Assembly: GCA_001724265.1 (NCBI GenBank)
Contig: MEDY01000372.1
Coordinates: 1 to 55,133 of the forward strand
Origin: Rhizaria sp. SCN 62-66
Taxonomy: Eukaryota
Length of the DNA: 55,133 nucleotides
Direction: 5' to 3'
Shown: in pieces, positions 1 to 12,700 of the stretch
How the letters are laid out: each line of letters opens with the position of its first letter
How positions within the stretch are numbered: the stretch's first letter is position 1
Made by a program: the position numbers and the translations under genes
Notes under the pieces: generated by a model
What the model was told of the DNA's origin: nothing
The model's database searches: none
What the model saw: the letters and a program-made list of their open reading frames with translations, nothing else

Positions 1-2
1 CG

Positions 3-443
3 CGCGCGCCCGCCGCCGGGCTGGCCGCGGCGCAGCGCGCGGTGCGCGCGGGCCGCGGCGGGCTGGCGGCGCTGTGGGGCGACCTGGCGGGCCGCGGCGC
101 CGCGCGGTGGAAGCAGGCGGCGGCGCCGGAGGTGGCCGTGACCGTGGTGCGCGTCAAGGGCCATGAGGTGACCTACGTCGTGGGCCTCGAGGCGCTGGGG
201 CTGGGACTCAAGCGCGTCGCCGAGGCGGGCGTGCTGCGGCAGCGCGTGGGCTGCGGCGTGCAAGTTGTCCCCGTGACGGCCGAGCTGAAGCAGAACCTGG
301 GCGGCGCCAAGGCCGTGGGGCCCGAGGTGCTGCGCATGCAGGGCGACCAGGCCGACAAGGCCGCGCGCGCAGTCGTCGAGGACATGTGCGTCCCACAGGC
401 CGCCGTGCACGTCTACCGCAAGGGCACGCGCGTGCGCAACTGA
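3..443 (+). CDS. C-terminal fragment of an eIF2D/ligatin-like SUI1-domain protein (5' truncated by the window edge)
   Basis: The frame is open from the window start. 'VTVVRVKGHEVTYVVGLEALGL...EVLRMQGDQ...VPQAAV' resembles the C-terminal SUI1 domain (VT.v.GLE..., .QG.). Ends TGA. Confidence 0.55.
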   Translation, partial: RAPAAGLAAAQRAVRAGRGGLAALWGDLAGRGAARWKQAAAPEVAVTVVRVKGHEVTYVVGLEALGLGLKRVAEAGVLRQRVGCGVQVVPVTAELKQNLGGAKAVGPEVLRMQGDQADKAARAVVEDMCVPQAAVHVYRKGTRVRN

Positions 444-870
444 GTCCGCGCGCTTATTACTGCGGGCCAGTGAGCCGGGGAGCCGGGGAGCCGGTTGCCG
501 GCGACGAAGAGTGCGCCAAAGCCAGCGATGAGGGCATGTCCCGAGGCGATATGCATTGCTGATCTTGTGTACTTTATTAAAAATCGAGTAATTTATGGTT
601 TTAAGCAGGCCATAATAATACAAAGAAATTAATTTATTGATTTGTCTACAATTTGACTCTTGTTATGCATGTTGAAGCTGGTGAAATGCAACCGTGACAG
701 TGTGATTTTTGACTGTGGTGAGACCTCTCCATATCCTTTGTCAATCGAATGGACGATGAGAAACGGACTATGAAACAGTGTCTATTATCGTGCTAGTGGA
801 CTGCCAGAATGATATCTTACTTAACTGTGCTTTTTGTATATTTTCCTTTTTATTCATTTTGTTTAGCAGT

Positions 871-1778
871 ATGGGTTGCGGAGCCTCTACGAGTTCTGGC
901 AAACAGCCTCACCACACCATGCACGTCGGCGGCAGCCAGCCGAAAGCGGCCTCGCGCGCAAACTCCTTCAACACAGTCTCGCGCCGTGCCTCGACGGGAC
1001 CCGACAATCGCAAGGCAGTCGTTGGCCAGCGTGCCGACCGCACTGCGTACGTCATGCTTTATGTCTCTTTCTGCACTCGCTTTGTCTCCTTCCGCATCCT
1101 CCTTGTTTTGGTTCTCCTTTAGTTTAGCCCCTACATATCTCTAAATATCTCGCTTTCCCCGAAACCTTGCACATTCTGCATAATTACAATACGTTTTTTA
1201 CTAAAATGTGTTGTTGTTTTTTCTTTATTACCCCCTTCCTACGACTCCCAATGTCCTTGCACTCCGCCTCATCACACAACCACAGCAACCGCGCGCTGGG
1301 CACCAACATCATCAAGACCCTCAGCGCGACGGAGCTGCGCACGATGACGCCCGATCAGGTGGACCTGCTGTTCCGCCACGTGGACCTGGACGGCAACGGG
1401 CGCCTCTCGCGCGCGGAGCTGAGGCAGCTGTGCGCCGTCATGGTCGCGCGCATCTCGGAGCTCATGAAAGAGTACATGGTGTCCCGCATGCCGCACGCGT
1501 CGCCCGAGCAGATCGAGCGCGCCGTCGCCGAGGAGCGCGCCTTCCTGCTCCCGCGCGCGCACTCGGTTGACGGCGGCCAGGGCAACAGCTCCAGAATGAC
1601 CGAGGAGGACTGGACCAAGCACATGCTTGCGCATCTGCTCGCCAAGCTCGACGTCAACGACGACGGCGTCGTCTCCAAGTTCGAGTTTTCAGACACCTGG
1701 AACAAGGTCGCCGCCTCCGTCTTCAACATCGAAGGCGGCCACGGTTCCAACGACCGCAACGGCTGCGCACAGCAGTAA
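871..1778 (+). CDS. N-myristoylated/palmitoylated EF-hand calcium-binding protein; exons 871-1046 and 1286-1778
   Basis: Starts MGCGAS (G2/C3 acylation motif). EF loops DLDGNGRLSRAE and DVNDDGVVSKFE. Intron GTACGT...CACAG at 1047-1285 joins the exons in frame. Ends TAA. Confidence 0.85.
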
Positions 1779-3249
1779 GCTTTAAGCATTCAGCAGTATA
1801 AGCAATTCGCCGACTCAGCCGGCAACGGTCAGCATTAGCAGTTAGTATTTGTCGTAAAGCATGCGATAGCTGCCGCAGCACTGCGCGCGGTGGGTCTGGC
1901 GCCGCCGTTGCGCAGTGAGTGAGCGAGCGAGCCGTCGCATGCCGATGTTGTGAGCACTCTTTTGCCCGTGTTTCCCTGTCTATTATTTTCCTTTTCTTTC
2001 ATCCTGCGCTTTTTTCTCTTTTCTTTCTGTGTGAGTTTTCTCCGTCTGCCTCCTTGTCTATGCGAATCTTGTGGCGTATTCTGTGTGTGTCACTTTGCAA
2101 CACAAGCACACTCCTCCAGTGGGAGCTCGCAGCGATAGTTATGTCATACTATTATATCAAATTCATCATCAATGTTCGTCGCCCAATCATAACTATTCAG
2201 CAAGTCTGTGTTTTCACAAGTCAGTAAGTGCATTGAACGAAGTTTGACTGAGACTTTCTGGTGCGTATGTAAAACTTAACGCATCATACTTTATTTTTGT
2301 GTTTTTCTTCCTCGCTTCTTCTTTTTTTCAATTTGTTTCTGTGATTCCTCCCCATTGTTGGTTGTTGTTGTCGTTGTTGTTGTGCTGCAGCTGTTGTTGC
2401 AGTTGTTGCTCTTTGGCTCATGAGACTTTTGTGCTCCTTACCTCACGTTTGTCGTTGTTGTAGTTTGTTTTTTCTTCACGAATGTGACGAACACACTTTA
2501 CTTCTGATACGTACCGCTAGTCTCTCGCTATTTTATGTTAGATTTATACTGATTTTTTGTCTGAATATGAATACTAATATTAATCCCACTCAACCATATC
2601 ACAACGTGAACGCTCACGCATTTGTATGTCAGCAGCGTCACATGGAGCCGATGTCAATATGTCAGTTCTCTGGCTGCAACGCCTTCATTGCTGTCAGATA
2701 GCTCTGCACTAGAAATGAACTATAGTGCTTTTATTACTTGATTGTTGTGAGCTTACAACATGATATTTTGACGATTATGACACATGAAGCATACGCACTG
2801 CTGCGTCCTGGTGTATATATGCTGCGCGCATTGTTTTATGCGACACAAACACATACGACACAACACGAATAATACTAAATAGCCATTACTAGTTACCACA
2901 TGTCACATGTCACCTTTGATATCAGTGATACTGACGACTGAAATGATGAAATCCCCTGTAATAAACTTTGAAATATGCATTTCAGACAACGCGTGCCTCC
3001 AATATTAATTCGATGAAAAAACAAAAACACGTAGGAATATATGTTTTATTGGACACATAAGCTTAAACACATAAGCTTAAGCTTAAAAACTAAGCTCTTG
3101 AGCTGTTAGGCTTATGCTACCTGGCCTCATGTGAGCTAATGGGCCCTGCTTACGGAGATGGCCTGATAAGAACACTGCTCGCAGTAGCTCAGATACGCAA
3201 GCACGCATACACGTGCGCACGCCACTCTAAGTACCCCCTTAGACGGCGC

Positions 3250-3957
3250 TCACTCGAGCGAGTAGCCCTGTCCAGCGCGGAAGCCAGCCATCGGCGGCGG
3301 CTGCGCGACGGGCGCGGCCTCCTTGCTCCAGCTCTCGACAAGGCTGTAGAAGGGTTGCGGGCAATACAGCACGGTGCGACCGTAGCGGCGCGGAACGACG
3401 TCGACGGCGAAGTGGTAGGTGTGTCCGATGGCGATACCGATGAGCCCGTTGGTGAGCGGGTTGCCGAAGAGGAGGTCCATGAGCAGCAGCAGGAACGGGA
3501 GGTGCCAGGCGCGGAAGGTGAAGCCGTAGACAACCACGGCGCGCAGAGGGTCCTTGCGCGACCAGACGTAGACGATGACGAAGATTAGGATGGGGCCGGC
3601 GAAGTACACCGGCAGCCAGACGTAGGAGATGAGGAAGACGGCGCACATGGAGCAGGCCAGCAGGAAGAGCATTTCGGCGCGGCCGCGGAGGCCGGAGAAG
3701 CACTCCTGTTCGGCGGTGCGGAAGTAGTGGACCATCATAGCAATCTGGAAGATAAAGGGCATGGAGAACTTGCCGAAGAAGATGAAGGCCGTGGCGAGGC
3801 GCCAGAAGTTGAACTCGTAGAGCACCTTATCCCAGTCGAGGTACAGCAGCGCGGGCGACAGGACGCCGAAGGTGCACAGCAGCGTCGTCGACAGAATCAG
3901 TGTGAAGTACGTCTTCGTGATGAAGGGCAGCGTCGAAAACCACTGCTCGGGAGTCAT
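3250..3957 (-). CDS. Derlin (Der1-like ERAD membrane protein)
   Basis: MTPEQWFSTLPFITK...LLYLDW...FWRL.TAFIFFG...YVWSRKDP...GIAIGHTYHF are typical derlin motifs. Ends TGA. Confidence 0.92.
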   Translation of the reverse strand: MTPEQWFSTLPFITKTYFTLILSTTLLCTFGVLSPALLYLDWDKVLYEFNFWRLATAFIFFGKFSMPFIFQIAMMVHYFRTAEQECFSGLRGRAEMLFLLACSMCAVFLISYVWLPVYFAGPILIFVIVYVWSRKDPLRAVVVYGFTFRAWHLPFLLLLMDLLFGNPLTNGLIGIAIGHTYHFAVDVVPRRYGRTVLYCPQPFYSLVESWSKEAAPVAQPPPMAGFRAGQGYSLE

Positions 3958-4358
3958 GGTCGCGACACTGTTGTTGTTGTAGTGGACATGACAGTTGCAA
4001 GGCGAAAGTCGAAGCAGAGAGGAACAAGGCGAAAGAGTCAGCGTCAGAGTAGGAGCATCAGAGGCAAGATGTGAGTGTAATGATGCAGAATAAGATGTAA
4101 TTAAGACTAAATGCATATTCTAATTCTCTCATGCAAGGAAATCTCTATCGTCGGAGCGCCGGTGGAGATCAAGAAGCAGAAAGTTTGCTGACACCCCCAG
4201 CTTTGGTCGGTCAAAGCTCGGTCGGCCGGTCGGTCATCGAAATTCGTTTGTGGTTGAAAATAAATCATTTTTTGACGAAGCCGAAGGTTGGTTCGTATAA
4301 AAAAGGTGCTGGCCGGACCGAACTTAAAGCAGAACAGAACGGCAATTTTCTCCACCTG

Positions 4359-4367
4359 TGACGGTCA
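4359..4367. promoter_or_regulatory. Candidate palindromic promoter motif TGACSGTCA (other copies at 46013-46021 and 49660-49668)
   Basis: A perfect TGAC-N-GTCA inverted repeat occurs upstream of gene starts three times. Confidence 0.3.
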
Positions 4368-4642
4368 TTATAGGATTTATATTCAGAATTAAACTAGAGA
4401 GATGTTGTTTGAAACTATATTCCGATATATGAACTCGCCAATCGATAACTGTCTGCGTATAATCTTGCTTTTTCAATTGATCCTCCTCCGTCAAATCCTG
4501 TCTTTCGATCTCTCACTTTGCCGTTCCCCGGCGCCTTCTCTTCGCAGCTTTTGGAAGATATCGTTTCCCGTAGTTACCCCCACCGCTCTTAACTCCCTTG
4601 TGACACTTAGTTTGTCCGCTCCGCGCGCCACCTAAGCCCGCA

Positions 4643-7600
4643 ATGCCCTCGCCGCCGCACCGCCCCCTGTGGTGCGCTGCTCCGACTCTGGCCCCCGCCG
4701 TTTGTGCTGCCTCTGCCTCAGCTGCAACTGCAGTCGCTGCCTCTGCTGCTCCGGCGCCAGCCCTTGTGTATGGTCCTGCTTTGCCGCCCCGCGTGGTTTC
4801 CCGAGCGACAACAGCTTTAGGCCCGCAGCAGCAGCACTCGAGCTCGAACTCAACCTCGGCGACTCCCGCGCCCACGCTTGCTGTCGTCACCGCTGCTGCT
4901 GCTGCTGCTGCTGCTACTCGCAGCTCTGTGTGCATGACCTCGCAGCGTCTTTTGCGGCGTTCCGTCTCCTCTTTGCTTGCCCGCACCCTCGCGTTTGCGC
5001 TCGCACTCGCACTCGCCCTGGTGCTAGCGTCCCCTATTGCAGCGGCCGCAGCTGATGATGCTGCTACGACTGCTAGTGGAGGTGCTGCTGGTGCTGCTGC
5101 TGGCGCGAAGCCAAGACCGCCGCCGATGAACCTAGCGCCGCGCCTGGTGCCGCTTACTTACCGTGTTCATCACGAGCTGCGGCTTCCCTTCGATCACCAG
5201 CATCAGCAGCACAGCGCTAGCACTGCCACTGGCACCGACGCGTACCCCGACCCCGACACCGATGTGACAGATGACGCGGTCACTGCTGCACAATTGCAGT
5301 CGGAGTCGCAGCCCGGCGGACGGCGCGCCTGGGCCGGCTACCGCGCCCCCGCGCAGTGGCTGCACGGGCTCGCTCAGGCGCTCGGCCCCGCTCGGCAACA
5401 GAAGCAGCAAGACCGACAGCGAGCTAGCAGCGACCACAGTGGGAGAGCTGAGGCGGCCGTGGGCCTGTGCTGGCTGCCAGCGCCTCGCGCCGCCGCCGTC
5501 ACGCTGACTGACTTCACGCCCATCGTCGTCCCGTACACCTACAGCAGCGGGAGCACTGATACTGAGACTGAGAGTGCCGGTGCGAATGTCGCTACGAGCG
5601 ACAGCTGTGTGAGTGTCAAGACGGTGCTCTCCGTCGCCACAGCTCTCGCAAACAACAGCACGGCGTCCCCGGATTTAAGCACCCGTCTAAGTACCCTCGA
5701 GTCCCATCTAAGTGCCCTGCCCCCGCCGCACCGCCGCTGGCTCCTGTCGCGTGCCCCCGCTCTCGCAGCCCTTGCGCGCGACATTATTAACAGCAACAAC
5801 AACAACAGAATCAAACCAGGCAGTGCGCCTGCGAGCGCCCTCGCTTTCGGAGACCCCGTGCGCGCGACTCAACTCGCACTGCGCCGGCTGCTGCCGCGCA
5901 CTCTAGCCTTCGCAGTGGTGCCAGAGACCGTCACCGCGCTCTCGCCGAAGCAACTCGGCGCGGACAGTGACAGCGAGGGCGACGAGAGCGGCGACGATGA
6001 CGACGAAGAGGAGGACGATGACGATGACTACGACGACTTCAGTGCCAACGGCGTCAGTCCCCCGCCCGCCCCCACAACCCCCTCGCCGCCCCAGCACCAG
6101 CAGCAGCAGTCGTCGGCGGCCCTGGGTGGCGGCGGCTACGGCGCGGGCCTGCCCAGCGAGCGCGACGCTTCGGTGGCCGGCGACCACGGCGCGGCGCTGC
6201 TCTGGGCGCGCAACGCCACGGGCCGCGGTGTCACCGTCGCCGTGCTCGACACGGGCGCGCCGCTCGCGCACCCCCACCTGGCCGCCCTGCGCGCGCGCGT
6301 CGACTTCACCGGCGAGGCGGCGCCCGGCGACGCGCTGGGCCACGGCACCTTCGTCGCGGCCGCGGTGGCGGGCGGCGGCCCCTCGCCGTGCCCGGGTATG
6401 GCTCCCGGTGCTCGCCTGCTCTCGCTGCGCGTCTTCTCGCGGCGACGCGTTTCGCACACGGGCTGGTTCCTTGATGCGCTGGCGTACGCGCTGCAGGCGG
6501 GCGCGGACGTGGTGAATCTCTCGGTCGGCGGGCCTGACCACCGCGACGCGCCCTTCGTGGCCCGCGTGCGCGAGGCCTCGGCCGCGGGTGCGCTCATCGT
6601 CTCCGCCGTCGGCAACGACGGGCCCGTCTGGGGCTCGCTGTCTAGCCCCGCAGACCAGGAGGACGTGCTCGCCGTCGGCGCGGCCACGCTCGCTGGGGGC
6701 GTGGCGCCTTTCTCCTCGCGCGGCGCCGTCGCCTGGTCGCTGCCCAAGGGGCCCGGGCGGGTCAAGCCGGACCTGCTGGCGCTGGGCAAGAACCTCCGCT
6801 CCTCTGCGCCCCTTGACAACAACAACAACAATGCTCACAGTGCCAACGGCAACAGCAACGCGGCGACTGCGAGCTGCCGCGCGCTGTCGGGCACCTCGGT
6901 GGCCGCGCCCGTCGTCGCCGGCGCCGCCGCGCTGCTGCTGTCCGCGCTGCCGCGCGCCGGCGCCGTGCTGCCCGGGGAGGCCGCGCACGCGCGCGCGCGG
7001 GGCCTGCCCCCGCCGGCCCCGCGGCCGCGGCGCGCGCTGCTGAACCCCGCCGCCCTGAAGCAGTTGCTGCTAGCGACCGCGCGGCCGCTCGCGGGAGCCA
7101 GCCTCTTCGAGCAAGGCGCGGGGCTGCTCGACGCGCCCGCCGCGCTCGACGCGCTCGCGCGCTACCGCCGGCACGCCTCGCTGTTTCCTCCGCTCGTCGA
7201 CGCGCGGCCCGAGGCGTGCCCGCGCATGGCGCCCTTCTGCGAGGCCCCCCTGGCCTTCTCGCAGCCGCCGCTGAGCGTCAACTTCACGGTCCTCTCGGCG
7301 CTGGCCCCGCGCTCGCGCATCGTGGCCGTGCGCTGGGAGGTGCTCGACGTCGCGCAAATCGAGACCGCTGACGCTACGGACGCCGCTGATGCTACGGGTG
7401 CAAGCACGAATGCAGACGCAGATGCGAGCGCTGACGCTGACGGCAGCAATCGCAAAGATATCAATGCCGATGACGATGCGGACGGCGATGCGGACGGTTT
7501 GTCGTCCCCGTACCTGCCCTCTCTCGAGGCGCGCCGTGCAACGCTGGCCGCGCTGGCCGCCGCCGAGCGCGCCGGCGACGCGGCCCGCGCGCGCCGCCTG

Positions 7601-9665
7601 CGCCGCGCCGCCGCGCCGTGGCTGCCGCTGGTGAGCGCGCGCACTGGTGAGACCTACTACGAGCACCGCGTGCCCGCGGCGCCCCCGCGGCGGCTGCGCG
7701 ACGTGCTCACGGTCACCTTCGCTCATTCGCAGTCGCTGTGGCCGTGGTCGGGCCACCTGGCGCTCGCGCTCGCCGTCACGCACCCGCTGACCGTGCGCAC
7801 CCAGGTCCACGCGCGCCTCACCGTCACCGTCGAGGCCGACGCCGACAGCGGCGATGGCGCGGAAGGCGCAGACGCCGAGGGCGGCGAGGGCGGTGCTCCA
7901 GCCGGCGTCGTGCGGAGCGACGCTGTGGCGCGGCTGGTGCTGGTGCTAGCGCCTACTCCGCCCCGGGCGCGGCGCGTGGCCTGGGACCAGTTCCACTCGC
8001 TGCGCTATCCGCACGGCTACGTCCCGCGCGACAGCCTCGAGGCGCGCGCTGACGCGCTCGACTGGCTGGGCGACTCGCTGGCGTCCAACTTCCGGCCCCT
8101 CGCGCTGGCGCTGCGCGCGCGCGGACTTGCGCTGGAGCCCGTGAGCCGCGACTGGACGTCACTCGACGCGCGGCTCTACGGCGCGCTGCTCGTGGTCGAC
8201 CCGGAGGAGGAGCTCTTCGCGGCGGAGCGCGCGGCGCTGCTGCGGGCAGTGCGCGACCGCGGGCTCGGGCTGCTGCTCGCGGCCGACTGGTACAATGCCG
8301 CCGTGCTCCGCGCCGTCGCCTTCTTCGACGACAACACGCAGCGCACGTGGGTGCCCGTGACCGGCGGCGGCAACCTGCCCGCGCTCAACGAGCTGCTCGC
8401 CCCGCTGGGTGCCGCGCTCGGCGACTCGGTCTACAAGGGCCGCCTGCGCCTCGCGCCCCCGCTCGCACTTGCGAACTCGACGGCGCCGCTGCCCCCGCTC
8501 AGTCACTATGGCTCCGGCGCCGGGCTGGTGCGCTGGCCCCGCGGCGGCCACCTACTGGCGGCGCCGCTGACCGATATCACGCCTGCGCCCCAGCGTGCGC
8601 GCGCTCAGCCCAGCGCTCAGCCCGGCGCCCACAACAGCAACGCCAATCGCGACGGCGACGCTAACGCTGCGAGCGCTGCGGCGGGCGGCGGCGCCCGGTT
8701 CGAGGAGGCTCTGCTCCGCACAGGGTCCGCCGCAGCCGCAGTGGCCGAGGCCGCGCCCGCGAACGGGGCTACAAGTGCGTCCGCGCACGCAAGCGACCTG
8801 GCCCCGGTCTCCGGGGGCGCGGGCGCGGAGTCCGGCGCGGGGGCCGCCGCCGCCGCCGTGCGCGCGGACGCCGAGGCCTCGCTGCGCCGGGATCTGGCCG
8901 CCGCCGCAGCCGCCGCCGCACTCTCTCACAGCCGGAGCAATGTCGGCGTTGGCACTGGCGCGGGCGCTGGCCCTAGTGGCCCAGCAGTGGGCATCGCCGC
9001 CAGTGTGCGGGCGGGCGCGGCGGCGGTGGCGGCGCGCGTGCTATCGCCCGTCGCCGACACGGTAGCCGCCGCCGTGGGCACTTACCCTCCGCTAGGGCAA
9101 CAACAGCAGTCTAGCGGCGGCAGCATTCACTTCGACATGAGTGGCGACGGGGATCTAAGTACCCCGGATCCAAGTGCCTCCGCGACCACTGACGGCAACG
9201 ACAACCTTGTCGACGCCGCCGATGACTACAGCGGCAACGCCAATGACGCCGACTACAGCGAAAACGACAGCGACGACGCCCTGTCTTTTGTGACGCAGCC
9301 GCCGCGCCGCTGGGGCCGCCAGCTGCTGCAGGCCAGCCCCTCCGGCCACGGCCACGGCCTCGGCGCCGCCTCCGGCTCTGGCTCGAGCCCGGGGCCCGGT
9401 GCCCCGGTGCTGGTGCCTGTGCTGGGGGTGCTGCAGACGCGGCCGCTGACGCCGCTGTCGGCGCCGCGCGCGGGCTCGGGCGCCGTGGCTGCGGTGTCCG
9501 CGCTGGGCCACACCGCGGGGCGCGTGGCCGTCTACGGCGACTCGCAGTGCCTCGACGGGGCGCACCGCACCGCGCAGCCCTGCTTCGACGCCGTGGCCGC
9601 ACTGCTCGCGTACGTCGCCGCCAGCGACCACAGCGATGCCGGCGACGGCCGCGACGGCAATGCTG

Positions 9666-9729
<64 letters not shown>

Positions 9730-12700
9730 GAAGTGGGGTGCAGTGCCGCGGCCGCCGGAGGCCATCTTCGGTCTTCCGGAGCGGAGCCGTCTGCGCAGCC
9801 CGATGGGACACCCGCCTCGCTCTGCGACTGCGGCTGAGCACAAAGAGTACAGTGAGTTCGACTCTGTTGTGTTTGATCCCACCCTGTACACCGCTGTACC
9901 CGACAAGGACGGACTCGTATGGCCTCTCAAGCTACAGCCACAGTCTCAGCAGGCGCAGGCGCAACAGTCTCAGCAGTCTCCGCAGAGCGCTGGGCTGGGC
10001 AGGCTGCACCTGGGCCGCGGCGTCTGGTGGGAGGACGACGACGCTGACAATAAGAACAACGACAGCAATCTCGGCGGCGACGCCGATACGAAGCCCACCA
10101 AGTCCGCCAAGGCCAAGGGCTGGGTGCCGCTGCCGGTGCGCGTGCCCGCCTCGGCCGCCGCCCTCGCGCTTCACTCGCGCGTCGTCGCCCCGCTGCCCCT
10201 CCGCGTCGGACACAGCGGCGACGCCGGTGAGACTGCAGAGACGGCGGAGACGGGTGGTGACCGCGAGCATGACCTGAGCGACCCGGAGACAGCGCTCAGG
10301 GCCCTGGTGGCCGCCGCGCGCGCCGCCGCGCTCGCCGAGACCGCCTCTGACCTGCAGGCTTCAGACGCAGACGCAAACGCTGACTGGGAGTGGGACTGGG
10401 ACTGGGCTGCGGCCGACGCCGGCCAGGCGCGCTGCCCCGGGGACGTCGCCGCGCTGCCGCCGCGCCCGCGCGCGCTGCCGCCCTCGCGCCCGCTCTCAGA
10501 GGCCGCGGCCGCCGCTCTGTGGCTGTCCGACGCTCATGCAAACGCCGATTCTGCGAGTGGCGACGGCGGCGCGGCGACGGAGCCCAGCCAGGACGCCGCC
10601 CCGCGCCCGCCTTCCGTCCTGGAGCGCACACGCACTGCCCTCGCGGCCTCCGCCGCCGCCGCTGCTGCTGCTCATAGCGCCAGTGCCGCCGCCAGCGCCG
10701 GTGTCGGTGCTGGTGTCAGTGCTGAGGCTGCGGCGCAGGCCGCGCTGGCCGCCGCTGCGCTGAGCGCGCCGCAGCCCGCCTGCCCGCCCCCGCGGCGGCC
10801 GCGGCGCCCGCTGCCGCCCACTGCCGCGACGGCGGTCGCGGCGGCCGCAGAGGCGGCGGAGGCTGTCGCTGCTGCGGGCATTGCGGCCGCCGCCGTGGGG
10901 GCCTAGCTCGAGGCGGTCGAGAGGCTCTATAGGGCGAACTATAAGGCGAGCGCCGACGTAAATGCTCGCAAAAACACCCGCACTAACACTAACGGAAACA
11001 GCGAAAGCGCGGATGAGGATACTGTGCCTGGCGCCAGGAAGCTCCTCTCCATCGAGAGTGAATCTCTCTAGCTCGAGCAAGAGCGAGAGCTTGAGTCTGA
11101 AATAGCGCTGCTGTCACCGCTCGATTCGTACCGGTAGACAAACCGCCCCGTCTCGAGTCACACTGACGCGCACAATCGGAGTCCCAGGCGCAGTCAGAGT
11201 CTGGGTGTCAGCGGTTGCAGCCGCGGTCATGGAGACAGGGACAGCGACGGCATACACCGAGACCGAGACAAGCACTACGACGGAGACGGTGGCAGAGACG
11301 GTGACGCGAGCAGGGGCAGTGGCAGCGCTACAGCAGAAGCAGCGGCAGCGCTCGAGAGCGCGGATTGTCCGGACAGCGCTGCCGGCGGCGCGGTGGCGGC
11401 GACGCGGCTGGGCTCTGCGTCGCCCCCGCCCCCCGCCCATAGTGAACACCCCCGCCGGGCAGTGACCACAGTGAGGCCGTTTGCCTCCATAAAGCGACGC
11501 AAGAACAAGAGTCAGACTAAGAAGACTCAGCAGCAGCGCGCTCTTGCTTCACGTGATCCTCACGCCGACACGCGTGCCGCGATGTCGCAGCCCCAGCCCC
11601 AGCCGCAGTGGCCGCTGCCGTGGGCCCCGCGCGCCTGGCTGGCCCGCCCCGCGCCTCGCCCCCCCACGCGCGCGCGCACGCGCTCTAGCGCGCATGCCAA
11701 CGCCCGCGCCACTGCGACTGCCACGGCTAGCGCCGCTGCCGGCCACGGCCACGGCCACGGCTGCGGCGAGGCCGCGCGCTGGCTGCCCCAGCCCCCCGCG
11801 TGCCCCACAAGCTCTGGCACGAGCTCCGGCTCTGGCTCCGGATCCAGCGCTGCGAGCGCGGGCGCGGGCGTGGGCGCCGCGGCGGGGCGCGCGCTGCTGG
11901 CGGCCATCTCGCCCTGGCAGTGGCCGCTGCTGGTGGCGCAGGGCATTCGCGGCACCGTGCGCGGCGTCTCAAGCCTCGCGCGCGCAATCGGGGGCGTCTA
12001 CTCGCGCGCGCTGGCGGGGCTTCGCAACAGGCTCGTTGCCGCCGCGCTCATGCTGCCCTCCTCAGGCGCTGCCGCGCGAGACACAGGGGCCGGCGACGAC
12101 TCCGCGGCGGCCCAGCAGCAGCAGCAACAGCGTCATGAAGGCGACGGGGGCGATGGGGGCTATCGCGACGCTGACGGCGACGACGACCTTTACCGCAGCG
12201 GCGGCGGCGGCGGCGCCGGGGACAGAGACGTCGACAGAGACTGGGACTTGGGCTGGCACAGCGAGGCCGCCGCCGCCGCCGCGGCCGCCGCGGAGGCCGC
12301 CGCCCATTTGGCCGCCGAGGCCGCCGCGGCCGATGCCGAGGCTGAGGCCGCCGCCGAGGCAGCGTTCACGCGCCTCTCGCGGCTCGCCCTGGGGCCCGGC
12401 GCCGGCGCCAGCGGCGGCGCCCGGCGCGGGCGTGGCGGCGGCGGCAGCAAGCAACAGCAGCAGCAGCAGCAGAGCCTCAGCCGCAGTCTCGGCTACATGG
12501 TCGATGACGGCGACGACGACGGCGGATACGGCGGCAGCGACGGCGACGGCGACTGGGGCTGGGGACTCGTGCCCGTGCCCGTGCCCGTGCCCGCGGCCGC
12601 TGTGCGCTGCGGCCACAGCAACGCCAGCGTTGTCGGTGACTCGGACTCTGGCTTTGGCTCTGGCTCTGGCGCAGGATACTACCGCTGGCGCTCAGCCTCC

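Noticed and set aside
1919-2701. Short ORFs between the EF-hand gene and derlin
   Set aside because: T-rich UTR/intergenic composition with no coding bias or domain.
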